Part shown: positions 28,349-37,408 of the stretch, piece by piece
Layout: every line of letters begins with the position of its first letter
Position numbering within the stretch: position 1 is the first letter of the stretch
NCBI GenBank assembly: GCA_000998135.1
Contig: LCCV01000005.1
Coordinates: 157-64,156 of the forward strand
Source: Parcubacteria group bacterium GW2011_GWA2_42_14
Lineage (GTDB): Bacteria > Patescibacteriota > Minisyncoccia > Sungbacterales > GWA2-42-14
Reading direction: 5' to 3'
Length of the DNA stretch: 64,000 bases
Notes under the pieces: generated by a model
Seen by the model: only the letters and a program-made list of their open reading frames with translations
What the model was told of the DNA's origin: nothing
Database searches by the model: none
Position numbers and translations under genes: made by a program

Positions 28349-30025
28349 TTAACGAAAACGAATAGGAATACGAAGTTCATCGTAATTTTCCGGCAATCCC
28401 GACGGATTATCTTTTTCCAGAATCAGTTCGCCCGACGCCGTATCCGGCATTTTAAATTCTAGGGTCGCGCGAAACGGAACAAAATCCGTTGTCATCCATT
28501 CGGATAACGCCTCGGCGTGTCCCCGAAAAATCTCCTTGCTATTGCCGTCAACAAGCCGCACCGGAAACGAAGCTTCAAAAAACCAATTGCCTCTCGCCTC
28601 GCCTTCAATAACCAGCGGGCTTTTTACAATTTTTCCCGGCAATGGTGTCTTAACTTTAATTAGATTTGATTTATCGCCTACTCGGGGCTTGCCGCTTTGA
28701 TAAATTATCTTATATATTACTCCGGCTTTGTCGTCGGAAAGAAACATCTCGCCCTTGGAATTAAAAATAATGTCAACCGGCCTCCCCAAAGCGCCTTCTT
28801 GGACAAGCCAACCGGTTATAAAATCTTCAACTCCCTGATAATTTCCATTTGCGTCAAATTTATGCCGGACGACTTTATAGCCGATTGGATCAGAACGATT
28901 CCATGAACCGTGGTAAGCAACCAAAAGATCATACCAATAATCTTCCGGCCAAGCTTGCCCTGAGCCTATCGAATGGGTGCCATTAGATACAAAAGCAAGG
29001 CCGAGAGGGGCAGAATGCGCCGGAATATCAATAAAGCTTGGTAATTCAAACGGCTCCATGCATGGGTTTCTAATATAGGTATTTTTATCAAAATCAGTGT
29101 CGTGAATATTTTTTCCGTAACAAATCGGCCAACCAAAATTCGGAATCGAATTTTGTTCTGAGTTTATTGAAGAATCTCTGATAATATTAATTTCATCCGG
29201 CGGCAAATTATCTCCCAGCCAATCGCGTCCCATTTCCGTTACCCACATTTCATTTTGAGCTTTATACCCATTATTTGCGGTGAGCCGGGTTAAACCATCT
29301 TGTGGTGAGCTTGTCGAACCATTCCAAACAAAAAATATGGCATTACGAAGGCCTTTCGCAAAAATCTTTGAAATTTTGGTCTGTATATCATACTGAATTA
29401 TACTTGCTCTTCTTTCAATCTCTTCGTTACAGACATTACAGCTTGAACCGACGGAAATATACAATTTATTATCAGGGCCAAATCCAATAGTGCGGGTAAA
29501 ATGCCCTTCTCCCAACGGCAAAGACAAAACGTCTTCGCCCAAGTCGTCAGAATAAACGGTTATTCTGCGAACACGATTTTCCTCGGCTATATACAGCAAA
29601 AAGGGATTATTCGGGTCAAACGCCAAGCCGTGCGGTTTACGCAAACCATTAAAAATATCATCCTGATGCAAAACTTTTCCTGTACCGCGGTCTATTTCAA
29701 GAAGCGTTATTGCCCCCTTGCCGGTGCGGCTCACCCACATATTGCCGAAAGTATCAAAACGCATAACCCTTGCTCCGGCAAGATTTTTGGCAAAAATTGA
29801 TATGGTGAAACCATCCGGAAGCTTAAGCGGAAAATTAGTTTCATTGATTGCTTCAGACGGTACTGTGTCTTCCGGAAGATATTCGGCAATATCCTTTGGA
29901 GGCGCGAAAATCGCCGGAGAAATACCTCTGAAATATTTTTTATAAATTCCAGAGCCGGCTAAAACAAAAAACAATGCTGCGAATAAAAAAATTATAAAAA
30001 CTTTTCGCGATATATTTCGCGCCAT
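28349..30025 (-). CDS. PQQ-dependent sugar dehydrogenase-like beta-propeller protein (YliI/GSDH family) with N-terminal TM helix
   Basis: PHGLAFDPNNPFLLYIAEEN and TIGFGPDNKLYISVGSSCNVCNEE resemble GSDH propeller motifs. Confidence 0.45.
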   Translation of the reverse strand: MARNISRKVFIIFLFAALFFVLAGSGIYKKYFRGISPAIFAPPKDIAEYLPEDTVPSEAINETNFPLKLPDGFTISIFAKNLAGARVMRFDTFGNMWVSRTGKGAITLLEIDRGTGKVLHQDDIFNGLRKPHGLAFDPNNPFLLYIAEENRVRRITVYSDDLGEDVLSLPLGEGHFTRTIGFGPDNKLYISVGSSCNVCNEEIERRASIIQYDIQTKISKIFAKGLRNAIFFVWNGSTSSPQDGLTRLTANNGYKAQNEMWVTEMGRDWLGDNLPPDEINIIRDSSINSEQNSIPNFGWPICYGKNIHDTDFDKNTYIRNPCMEPFELPSFIDIPAHSAPLGLAFVSNGTHSIGSGQAWPEDYWYDLLVAYHGSWNRSDPIGYKVVRHKFDANGNYQGVEDFITGWLVQEGALGRPVDIIFNSKGEMFLSDDKAGVIYKIIYQSGKPRVGDKSNLIKVKTPLPGKIVKSPLVIEGEARGNWFFEASFPVRLVDGNSKEIFRGHAEALSEWMTTDFVPFRATLEFKMPDTASGELILEKDNPSGLPENYDELRIPIRFR

Positions 30026-30034
30026 AAAAATGTC

Positions 30035-30080
30035 TTTAAAAACATTCTCATATTCTTAAGAATATGAGAATGTTTTTAAA
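30035..30080. promoter_or_regulatory. 46-bp perfect palindrome (site A) overlapping the ArsR stop codon
   Basis: Two 23-bp arms, TTTAAAAACATTCTCATATTCTT and AAGAATATGAGAATGTTTTTAAA, centred on CTTAAG. Confidence 0.8.
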
Positions 30081-30352
30081 AAACCATAAATAATCTTGCC
30101 GTATGGAGAAAGACCGTGAAGAACCTCCTGGCCGCGGTATTTTTTATTTACCAAGCCCGCCTGAACCAGCCGCCTGATATGTTCGGATATGGTCTTCATA
30201 TTGCAGTTTAAACGTTCGGCAATTTGCCACAAGGTAAGTCCGTCCTCGCCGGCAATCAAAAACACAATTTCGATGCGGCGATGATTAGCCACCCCCTTCA
30301 TATGCCCTTCAAGGTCTTTGGCTGTTTTCTTTAATTTTTTCATAATATTCAT
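30056..30352 (-). CDS. ArsR/SmtB-family transcriptional regulator
   Basis: HTH region RRIEIVFLIAGEDGLTLWQIAERLNCNMKTISEHIRRLVQAGLV. Confidence 0.75.
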   Translation of the reverse strand: MNIMKKLKKTAKDLEGHMKGVANHRRIEIVFLIAGEDGLTLWQIAERLNCNMKTISEHIRRLVQAGLVNKKYRGQEVLHGLSPYGKIIYGFLKTFSYS

Positions 30353-30368
30353 ATCCTAACATATCCTA

Positions 30369-30405
30369 AAAGATATTCCAATATTCTCAATATTAGAATA
30401 TCTTT
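30369..30405. promoter_or_regulatory. Degenerate palindrome (site B) in the ArsR promoter region
   Basis: AAAGATATTC and GAATATCTTT arms around CAATATTCTCAATATTA. It is a shortened copy of site C. Confidence 0.7.
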
Positions 30406-30438
30406 AATTAAAATTTTAATAACAAAACAGAAATAATT

Positions 30439-31476
30439 CTAGGACGCGGAAATAATTTTTTTGATTAACTCCTCATTCTTATGAATAATTTTTTCTTTAT
30501 CTTTTTCCTCTCCGCGCCATAAATCAGTGTAGGGAATATCAAACCAAGAAAGAATATAGTAAAGCCAAAAAAGGCTGCGGAGGGAATAATAAGACGAATC
30601 TATTGCCTTGCTCTTTTGATATGCTTCCCAAAATACCCGGGGGACTTCTCTGCCGTTGTACACTGATTGTAATTCGTATCCAGCCAGCACAAATCGCTGG
30701 TCGTGAAATCTGTGATCTTCAATATCAACCACGCCGGTAAATATCCAGCGATTATTTTCAAACTTCACCATCCCCTGAAGCCCGTCGGTGTGAGTCAATA
30801 CGAATTCTTTCGGGTCTTGCCAACCAGATTCAGCACTTGAAATAAAACTTTCAATTATGTCTTTTTTGCTCCTTAAAAATTCATTTGGACGCTTAATAGC
30901 ATTATTAAGACGAGAATGAAGCGAGAAAAAGAAAGCATCTTTCCAGTTCATTAAATATGGCTCTTTTTGAATTGTTACGCCGTCATAAGCCCTTGTAATT
31001 CCGTGGAGCTTGCCAAATATCTCTCCGGCAAGCGCGTGCGCCTCATCCCCTTGTTCGGGACCCCATCCAAGATACTCTTGAATTGATTCTCCTTCAATCC
31101 ACGACATAATTTGGTAGATGTAAGAAATATCTTTTGCGGGGAATCCGAATGAATAGAGTTTAAAAATCGGAATGCCGGCTTTTACAATAAGGCCATAAGT
31201 ATTCCGGACACTTTTGAAATCTTCATACGCGGTGCCGTAAACCCTATTGTTAATTCGTTCTTCTTCAGTTTGGTCAATAAAAACATCATTTAGCTTTACT
31301 GCAAGAGTTTCTCTTTTATCCCGTAAAACTGCTTCAACCTTGTACACATAGCCAAAATAGCCTAAAAGAACCCTCTCGCAGGTTATTAGTTTCCCATTTA
31401 GTTTGACGGCAATAAGACGTTCAATTATTTGTTGTGGATTTTGTGGTTCCGACATTATACGCAAGCCCCAACACAT
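30439..31476 (-). CDS. Phosphotransferase-family kinase (APH/choline-kinase-like)
   Basis: Brenner-type HxD in LTHTDGLQGMV and a DIEDHRFHD metal-binding region. Confidence 0.55.
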   Translation of the reverse strand: MCWGLRIMSEPQNPQQIIERLIAVKLNGKLITCERVLLGYFGYVYKVEAVLRDKRETLAVKLNDVFIDQTEEERINNRVYGTAYEDFKSVRNTYGLIVKAGIPIFKLYSFGFPAKDISYIYQIMSWIEGESIQEYLGWGPEQGDEAHALAGEIFGKLHGITRAYDGVTIQKEPYLMNWKDAFFFSLHSRLNNAIKRPNEFLRSKKDIIESFISSAESGWQDPKEFVLTHTDGLQGMVKFENNRWIFTGVVDIEDHRFHDQRFVLAGYELQSVYNGREVPRVFWEAYQKSKAIDSSYYSLRSLFWLYYILSWFDIPYTDLWRGEEKDKEKIIHKNEELIKKIISAS

Positions 31477-31480
31477 CCTT

Positions 31481-31520
31481 AAAGATATTCTAATATTCTT
31501 AAGAATATTAGAATATCTTT
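31481..31520. promoter_or_regulatory. 40-bp perfect palindrome (site C) upstream of the kinase gene
   Basis: Two 20-bp arms, AAAGATATTCTAATATTCTT and AAGAATATTAGAATATCTTT. Shares the core ATATTCTTAAGAATAT with site A. Confidence 0.8.
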
Positions 31521-31533
31521 AATTAAGGAATTA

Positions 31534-32037
31534 TCATTTCTTGGTTTTAACATAATATTCAAGAAAAATCTTTAACGTGCTTTTGAAACCGCCTGTATAT
31601 TTTTCGGGCTGTATTGCCATATCCCGATATACTTCTTTAGGGTCAGCCCAGAACACCCTTCTTACTTCGTCCTCTTTTAATTTCTCCGGCGCCGATTTAC
31701 AAATAAATATTTTAAACATATGCCGGTTGTCAAAAGTATCGCCCTTATCCCGTGCCCGCGACGAACCAATTTCTTGAAGCTTAATTCCAAAAATACCCAG
31801 CTCTTCTTCCAATTCCCTTTTCGCCGCCTCCGGATAACTTTCTCCGATATTAACGTGCCCCGCCGATGAATGGTCAAGATGCCCGTCTTTTGCCCTCTCG
31901 TTTACCAAGAGCTCGTTTTTATCATTAACAACATAAATAACGGCTACTCTATGAAGCAGGCCTTCTTGGTGCGCTTTCTCCCGGGTTATTTCACCAAGCA
32001 CATTGTCATTATCATCAACCCAAATAACATTATTCAT
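31534..32037 (-). CDS. NUDIX hydrolase
   Basis: Nudix box GHVNIGESYPEAAKRELEEELGI. Confidence 0.8.
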   Translation of the reverse strand: MNNVIWVDDNDNVLGEITREKAHQEGLLHRVAVIYVVNDKNELLVNERAKDGHLDHSSAGHVNIGESYPEAAKRELEEELGIFGIKLQEIGSSRARDKGDTFDNRHMFKIFICKSAPEKLKEDEVRRVFWADPKEVYRDMAIQPEKYTGGFKSTLKIFLEYYVKTKK

Positions 32038-32043
32038 AGATTC

Positions 32044-32370
32044 TTATTTTAATAATTTAAAACTGACTATTTTTACTACTGTATCTCCATTCACTGCCTC
32101 TCCATAATATTCCCGATAATGCTGATACATATCTTCTTCACTTTCAAATTTTTCATGTCTTTCAAAATCAGCATCCGTTAATTTACCGAGTTTCTTTTCT
32201 CTTACTTCAACAATTTCAGTTTCAGCAAAATTCTCGCCGGTATTCCAATTCTGAAAAACAAGTTTATCTCCGACCCGCAAATCTTTATCATCAAATAGCC
32301 GCCAAGTAACTGTTTTTTCCCCGCTTAAAATTTTTAAAGCAAGGTGATTTCTAAATTTCAAAATTTTCAT
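32044..32370 (-). CDS. ASCH-domain protein
   Basis: GEKTVTWRLFDD ... KLVF pattern typical of ASCH. Confidence 0.55.
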   Translation of the reverse strand: MKILKFRNHLALKILSGEKTVTWRLFDDKDLRVGDKLVFQNWNTGENFAETEIVEVREKKLGKLTDADFERHEKFESEEDMYQHYREYYGEAVNGDTVVKIVSFKLLK

Positions 32371-32381
32371 TGATTTTAAAG

Positions 32382-32903
32382 CTAAATTTCATATTCCCAA
32401 TAAAGCCGCCACTTAAAAGGAATGTTTAACAACTCTTTCAAGGTTTTCCCCGTAAGCGCGTCAAGCCCGTATTGGGTAGCTCTATGGCCAACAATAAGAA
32501 TTATTTTATCAGGATACCTTTCTTTAAGTTCTTTATAAAATCCCTGAACCCGCGCTATGGCCTGCTCGTAACTTTCCCCGCCGGAAAACGGTTCTTTAAT
32601 ATGCCGCATTTTCATCGGCTCAACAACGACGGATGGTTTGCCGTTAAAATCTCCGTAATTGAGTTCTCGCAGCCGCTTGTCGGCAATAACCGGATATTTG
32701 TTTGCAAAAGCAATTTTAACCGTATCAACAGCTCTCCTTAAATCAGAACAACAGACCAAATCCAATTTGATGTCTTTGAATGTTTCTCCCAGTTCTTTTG
32801 CTTGTTTTTTGCCCAAATCCGAAAGCTCCGAATCGTTCCACCCGGAAGCAAATTTCGCTTCATTATCTTTAGTTGTCGCGTGAGCGGCAAAATAAATTTT
32901 CAT
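32382..32903 (-). CDS. Histidine-phosphatase-superfamily (PGM-like) protein
   Basis: N-terminal IYFAAHATT (variant of the RHG motif) and SDLRRAVDT. Confidence 0.5.
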   Translation of the reverse strand: MKIYFAAHATTKDNEAKFASGWNDSELSDLGKKQAKELGETFKDIKLDLVCCSDLRRAVDTVKIAFANKYPVIADKRLRELNYGDFNGKPSVVVEPMKMRHIKEPFSGGESYEQAIARVQGFYKELKERYPDKIILIVGHRATQYGLDALTGKTLKELLNIPFKWRLYWEYEI

Positions 32904-32968
32904 GATTATTTTAAGGATATCAAAATTTACTGAAATAATAACTTTTTTCCAAGAACCTGTTTTTTTAC

Positions 32969-34645
32969 TTAAAACTTATATATTCTAAAAACCTCAATCC
33001 CCTTTTTGTTGTAAAGAAATACTGAGGAATAGCCCCTGGATAAAAGCTCTTTTTCAAAAAGACCGCCGGTTTCGGTCAGACGTTCCGGTTTCTTCAGCGG
33101 AACATTTTGGGTCATGGCAATAAAATAAAAATAATTAAAACCGGCTTTGGTGAAATAATCCTGCCCATTTTGCGCTAAAAACGACTGGTAATCTTCGGTT
33201 TTAAGAACAGGCCAACCGTGATAAATTTGCAGACGGTCTAAATACCAAATCTGGGGCCCGTTCAGCATGTTGCCGTCATATATTATTAATGCCGGATACG
33301 GTTCCGCTCCTTTTTGTTTGCGCAGGGCAACCGTTTTTGCCTGAAGGGCTTCAATAAATTTATAGCGCGCGTCAAAAACAAAAGCCGGCATTTTTCCGGA
33401 TAATTCCCTGTCAAGATATTTGCCTAACTCCGCAAAACCCCAATTATAATTTTCATAACGGAGTTTTTGCGAATAAAACCACGGACTCGGCCCCTTCGAA
33501 GCATAAATAAGCTGGCTATTTACGGAATAAACAATTTCAAAAATTATAAATGCCGCAAAAAAATAAATTATCGTTGTTTTTAATTTTGGGAATTGCTGAT
33601 AAACGCTGTATATAAGGAAACCTATTCCCAAAGCCAAAAACGGGACAAGCATGGAAAGAAATCTCATTTGCGGTCCGATAAATCCCGCTATCAAAAATAC
33701 CAAAAACACCAATGAAACCAGCAGGAACCGGCTCTTGAATAATGCGGATAGTCCCAAAAATGACATTAAAAGAAATAACCAGGAATTACTTTGAATAAGA
33801 TTGGGCAAAAAGTTGCGGATGCGGTCGAGTATCGTTCCCGCTTCTTCTTTGCCCGGAGCGGTTTTCCAAACTTCAGGATGTTGCCCGAAGATATAAGAAA
33901 ATTGAAAATCAAAATGGCCGACCGCGCGGTAAAGTCCGAAATTATAAATCAGAACGGGACTGAAAATCAAAATGGCTAAAATAATATTCATCCAAAATTT
34001 CTTATTCCAAAAATACTCGCGGCGAAAAATAATAAAATAAATAAAAAGAACAGGAACGGTTATAAAAATTAAAGTGTATTTGGTTAAAAAACCCAAACCC
34101 ATGGATAATCCGACCAGCCAAAGAAAATTGTCATTTTTCAAAGACCTGACCAAGGCGTAAGAAAACAAAAGCAGGAAAAAAATCACGTATGGCTCCTGCA
34201 GGCCCACGCGGGAAATTAAAATATGGTTGGAGGAAACCGCCAGAATCAGGGCAGAAATGATTCCCACCAAAGGAGAAAAAAGTAGCGCGCCTAATTTATA
34301 AATAAGATAAACCGAAGCAATGCCGAATAAGGCCGCCGAAAACCGGAAAGCAAAAATATTTTCACCAAAAATTTTGATAAAAAAATGCTGGATTAAAAAA
34401 ACCAGCGGCGGATGGTCATGAAACGATAATTTTGTCCACCACGGAATATTTCCGTCAAACCACTGAAGGGGCGTTGTTTGAAATTCGGCAACATCATAAT
34501 CAAGCAATCCTACGGCACGAAAGGCGTATAAAACTTCGTCTCCGACAGGGTCCCCCGCCCCGATGCCCCACAAACGCAAAACCGCCGCCAAAAAAATAAT
34601 GGCGGCAAGAATATATATCGTATTCCGGTTACGTTTTATTTCCAT
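32969..34645 (-). CDS. GT39/GT83-like membrane glycosyltransferase (second paralogue)
   Basis: Polytopic, with an early GDPVGDEVLYAFRA DE-type loop. Confidence 0.55.
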   Translation of the reverse strand: MEIKRNRNTIYILAAIIFLAAVLRLWGIGAGDPVGDEVLYAFRAVGLLDYDVAEFQTTPLQWFDGNIPWWTKLSFHDHPPLVFLIQHFFIKIFGENIFAFRFSAALFGIASVYLIYKLGALLFSPLVGIISALILAVSSNHILISRVGLQEPYVIFFLLLFSYALVRSLKNDNFLWLVGLSMGLGFLTKYTLIFITVPVLFIYFIIFRREYFWNKKFWMNIILAILIFSPVLIYNFGLYRAVGHFDFQFSYIFGQHPEVWKTAPGKEEAGTILDRIRNFLPNLIQSNSWLFLLMSFLGLSALFKSRFLLVSLVFLVFLIAGFIGPQMRFLSMLVPFLALGIGFLIYSVYQQFPKLKTTIIYFFAAFIIFEIVYSVNSQLIYASKGPSPWFYSQKLRYENYNWGFAELGKYLDRELSGKMPAFVFDARYKFIEALQAKTVALRKQKGAEPYPALIIYDGNMLNGPQIWYLDRLQIYHGWPVLKTEDYQSFLAQNGQDYFTKAGFNYFYFIAMTQNVPLKKPERLTETGGLFEKELLSRGYSSVFLYNKKGIEVFRIYKF

Positions 34646-34706
34646 AGCACTTCTGTTGCTTATTGACTACCCCGCACGGATTATATCAAACAATAGGAAG
34701 TATTGC

Positions 34707-34988
34707 ATGTCACAGCCATTGTTGCCGTGGGATTCTCTCAAAAGTACCAACCACCCCCAACTAGTCTGGCGAAGCCAGCTCAATGACAGATATATCATTG
34801 AAATGCAACGTACTGGCGGTTATAGCGGCAAGCTCTTTGTATTCGATCACAACCAGAGTGATCAGGAAATTTTTTCTGTGGATGTCGGTCTGTCCTATTT
34901 AGCAATGTTCGGACCTGATATGGCCGATGTCCAAGAATGGCATGGCACTTTTGAATATGCGGTATCAATGGGAAACACTTTGCATTAA
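34707..34988 (+). CDS. Hypothetical protein, about 93 aa
   Basis: AGGAAG 8 nt before the ATG at 34707. The longer ORF starting at 34563 overlaps the GT39 gene and is rejected. Confidence 0.4.
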   Translation: MSQPLLPWDSLKSTNHPQLVWRSQLNDRYIIEMQRTGGYSGKLFVFDHNQSDQEIFSVDVGLSYLAMFGPDMADVQEWHGTFEYAVSMGNTLH

Positions 34989-35909
34989 AAGGTTTAATAC
35001 TCTGTCTCGATATTTTTCGGTTTCCTCGTCTCCGCCAGTTACTGGTATTTCTTTCTTCAAAATCTTCAAACAACCCAATACCAAGCGAATACGGAAATCT
35101 TCTTTAGTAAAACCTCGCCTCTCTAGAAAAACATCTACAATATCGGTTCTTGAAAGGGGCAATAAATCATAAATAGGATATTTTACAAAGCCCATCATGG
35201 GATCTTGAAACGACGCGGATTCAAAATCTAAGTACCCTGTGATTTTGCCATTCTGTGCTAAAAAGTTTCCTGGTTGATAATCGCCATTAGAAATTACCAA
35301 TGGCGTGTTGATATTTTTAAGGATATCTTGTAAATATATTACCGCCAACCGGTAGCCATCCTCACTAAGCCACAAATTATTCTCATCATTCAGTAATTCT
35401 AATTCTTTCGTTAAAGTAAAACGCGGCATCAATTTTACCACCTCGTGACCTTCAATAAATGGTGTCGCATCCATTAACTTAATGACTCCTTCAACCAGCA
35501 GCTCTTTTGCTTTTTGCAAGCTCTCTTCAGAACGCATGCTAACCCTCTGAAGGTTCTCTCCGGGAAGCAACGAGTATACTGCTTCACTTTCTCCTGATTC
35601 GTTTAAAAATGGTTTTACCAAAACCTTAGGGACAGGTAAACCAAATTCTTCCAGAGCACTAAATATTTGTATTTCTTTCTCTACATCGCCATGGCGATTT
35701 TTTCTTAACACAACAGCCGCATAATCTCCATTTCTTGTTTGAATAGTAACGCGAATGGGGCACGGCAAGTCATAATTATCAAAATACTCCGCTTTCACAA
35801 TCGAATGAAAATCAGGACTAATACCAAGAAGGGCCTTACGTTCAGCAACAGTTAATTCAACTTTTCTTTCTTCTTCACTATGAAATTGATTCATTGGTTC
35901 GTTTTCCAT
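34965..35909 (-). CDS. Phosphotransferase-family kinase (APH-like), second copy; start ambiguous (35909 or 35966)
   Basis: ISNGDYQPGNFL catalytic loop and YLDFESASFQDP. Confidence 0.55.
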   Translation of the reverse strand: MENEPMNQFHSEEERKVELTVAERKALLGISPDFHSIVKAEYFDNYDLPCPIRVTIQTRNGDYAAVVLRKNRHGDVEKEIQIFSALEEFGLPVPKVLVKPFLNESGESEAVYSLLPGENLQRVSMRSEESLQKAKELLVEGVIKLMDATPFIEGHEVVKLMPRFTLTKELELLNDENNLWLSEDGYRLAVIYLQDILKNINTPLVISNGDYQPGNFLAQNGKITGYLDFESASFQDPMMGFVKYPIYDLLPLSRTDIVDVFLERRGFTKEDFRIRLVLGCLKILKKEIPVTGGDEETEKYRDRVLNLLMQSVSH

Positions 35910-36247
35910 TATTGTAACTTGCCGCCTAGATTTACTGATTGTTTTGCGGGAGTAATCAACACCCAACCATCTCCGGCATTGTTTTTAAAGCCGAGCGTAA
36001 GAACTTCCGAAGAAAAATTTCCAATGCGTTTTGGAGGAAAATTAACGACGCAACAAACAAACATCCCAAAAAGTTCTTCTTTGGTATGCGCTCCAACCGC
36101 TTGCACACTTGATACCTTGATACCAATTTCTGCACCAAAATCTATTTTCAGCTTAAAAGCGGGCTTCCGCGCTTCGGGAAAATCTTCAATTTCAACAACT
36201 TTCCCCACCCGAACATCAACCTTATCAAAATCTTCGTATATAATCAT
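35909..36247 (-). CDS. CsaA/EMAP-like tRNA-binding domain protein; start ambiguous
   Basis: VDVRVGKVVEIEDFPEARKPAFKLKIDFG matches the tRNA-binding (Myf) domain. Confidence 0.6.
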   Translation of the reverse strand: MIIYEDFDKVDVRVGKVVEIEDFPEARKPAFKLKIDFGAEIGIKVSSVQAVGAHTKEELFGMFVCCVVNFPPKRIGNFSSEVLTLGFKNNAGDGWVLITPAKQSVNLGGKLQ

Positions 36248-36357
36248 ATATTTATAAATCTTACTATTCGCACGACACATCACGAATTGCTATTCATATG
36301 GCACTTTTTGCCTGCCCTGAGACCGCCGAAGAGATACGCGATATGAATTGGAAGTTA

Positions 36358-36585
36358 TTAAAGCAATTCCAAAAACATATCAACGCTCAAACCCGCTTGT
36401 TTGATAATTGATTTAATGGTCTTGGGTGTAAGTTCCTTACGGTGAAAAGGAACAGTAACCCGCAACTCCGGTTTAACTAAGTGGCGCAGCTGGATATGAC
36501 TTCCCGCCTGATGAAATTCATAAAACCGAGCTCGTTTAAGGGCTCGGATTACTAAAATCGAAGGTATGCGTGGTAGTTTCGGCAT
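36358..36585 (-). CDS. hicA: HicA-family toxin
   Basis: 75 aa; ...QAGSHIQLRH...TVPFHRKELTPKTIKSIIKQAGL. Confidence 0.7.
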   Translation of the reverse strand: MPKLPRIPSILVIRALKRARFYEFHQAGSHIQLRHLVKPELRVTVPFHRKELTPKTIKSIIKQAGLSVDMFLELL

Positions 36586-36588
36586 ACA

Positions 36589-36822
36589 TTACACGGAAAC
36601 CTTTATCCTCTCACGATGCGGCTCTGAAAAAGAAATTCTCCGGTCTTTAAGGAGGGCTTCCAGATAACAGCGAATAGCGTCCTTGGCCATTTCTCTTGCT
36701 TCTTTTAAATTATCTCCCTCGGTAACTAAACCGGGAAGTTTTGGAACAGTAACAGTGTATCCTGCTCCATTCGGGTCAAAAACTACCTCGTATTGATAGA
36801 TTATTTCTTTATGTTTCTTCAT
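36589..36822 (-). CDS. hicB: HicB-family antitoxin
   Basis: 77 aa; TVPKLPGLVTEGDNLKEAREMAKDAI. Lies 3 nt upstream of hicA. Confidence 0.7.
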   Translation of the reverse strand: MKKHKEIIYQYEVVFDPNGAGYTVTVPKLPGLVTEGDNLKEAREMAKDAIRCYLEALLKDRRISFSEPHRERIKVSV

Positions 36823-36857
36823 AGTTACATTATACCTTGTCTTAAATAAAAATACAA

Positions 36858-37352
36858 TTATTTACTCAGAAAAATTAAATCCCGCATGCGAATAAACTTG
36901 CCCTCGTAATCTCCAACATTTATTTCGCTCTCAAGCGTTTTTATGGCATCTTCTAATTTCATCCATTCTGGTTGAAACCCATCGTCAATTTCGTCACCAA
37001 CAAAATTAGGTAAACCTTTATCGCCAACAACGTCTGCAATATAGCAATAAGAAATCTGGTGTATTTTTAAATTGTTTCGATACTTCTCAATAATCCCAAG
37101 CTCTCGAATATTTTCGATAGAACAACCAATCTCCTCTAATACTTCTCTTCGTAACGCAGTTTCTATATCTTCGCCCTCTTCTATGCCGCCACCGGGGAGT
37201 TTGTGATAATTCTTTTTGGTAACATTCAACAATGCAACATTCCCATCTTTATCAAAAACAATCGCACGAGCCGCTTCGCGCTTGTCATAGTTGGGCGACG
37301 CTTGAGAATCAACTCCAATATCTGCATCCCGAATTGTTTTTAACAAATTCAT
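36858..37352 (-). CDS. NUDIX hydrolase
   Basis: Nudix box LPGGGIEEGEDIETALRREVLEEIG. Confidence 0.8.
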   Translation of the reverse strand: MNLLKTIRDADIGVDSQASPNYDKREAARAIVFDKDGNVALLNVTKKNYHKLPGGGIEEGEDIETALRREVLEEIGCSIENIRELGIIEKYRNNLKIHQISYCYIADVVGDKGLPNFVGDEIDDGFQPEWMKLEDAIKTLESEINVGDYEGKFIRMRDLIFLSK

Positions 37353-37357
37353 TTTTT

Positions 37358-37378
37358 TCCTATCTCCCGTGACATCGC
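37358..37378 (-). repeat. secA-3'-end-like element, copy 1; encodes I-K-R-C-H-G-R-stop, immediately upstream of the NUDIX ATG
   Basis: Reverse complement AAGCGATGTCACGGGAGATAGG aligns with the true secA terminus at 41824-41845. Confidence 0.75.
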
Positions 37379-37408
37379 TTGATTTATAACATCAATGGTG
37401 TTAGAGAT

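Noticed and set aside
34563-34706. Upstream part of plus-strand ORF 34563-34988
   Set aside because: It overlaps the 5' end of the GT39 gene on the opposite strand. AGGAAG-ATG at 34707 is the more plausible start.
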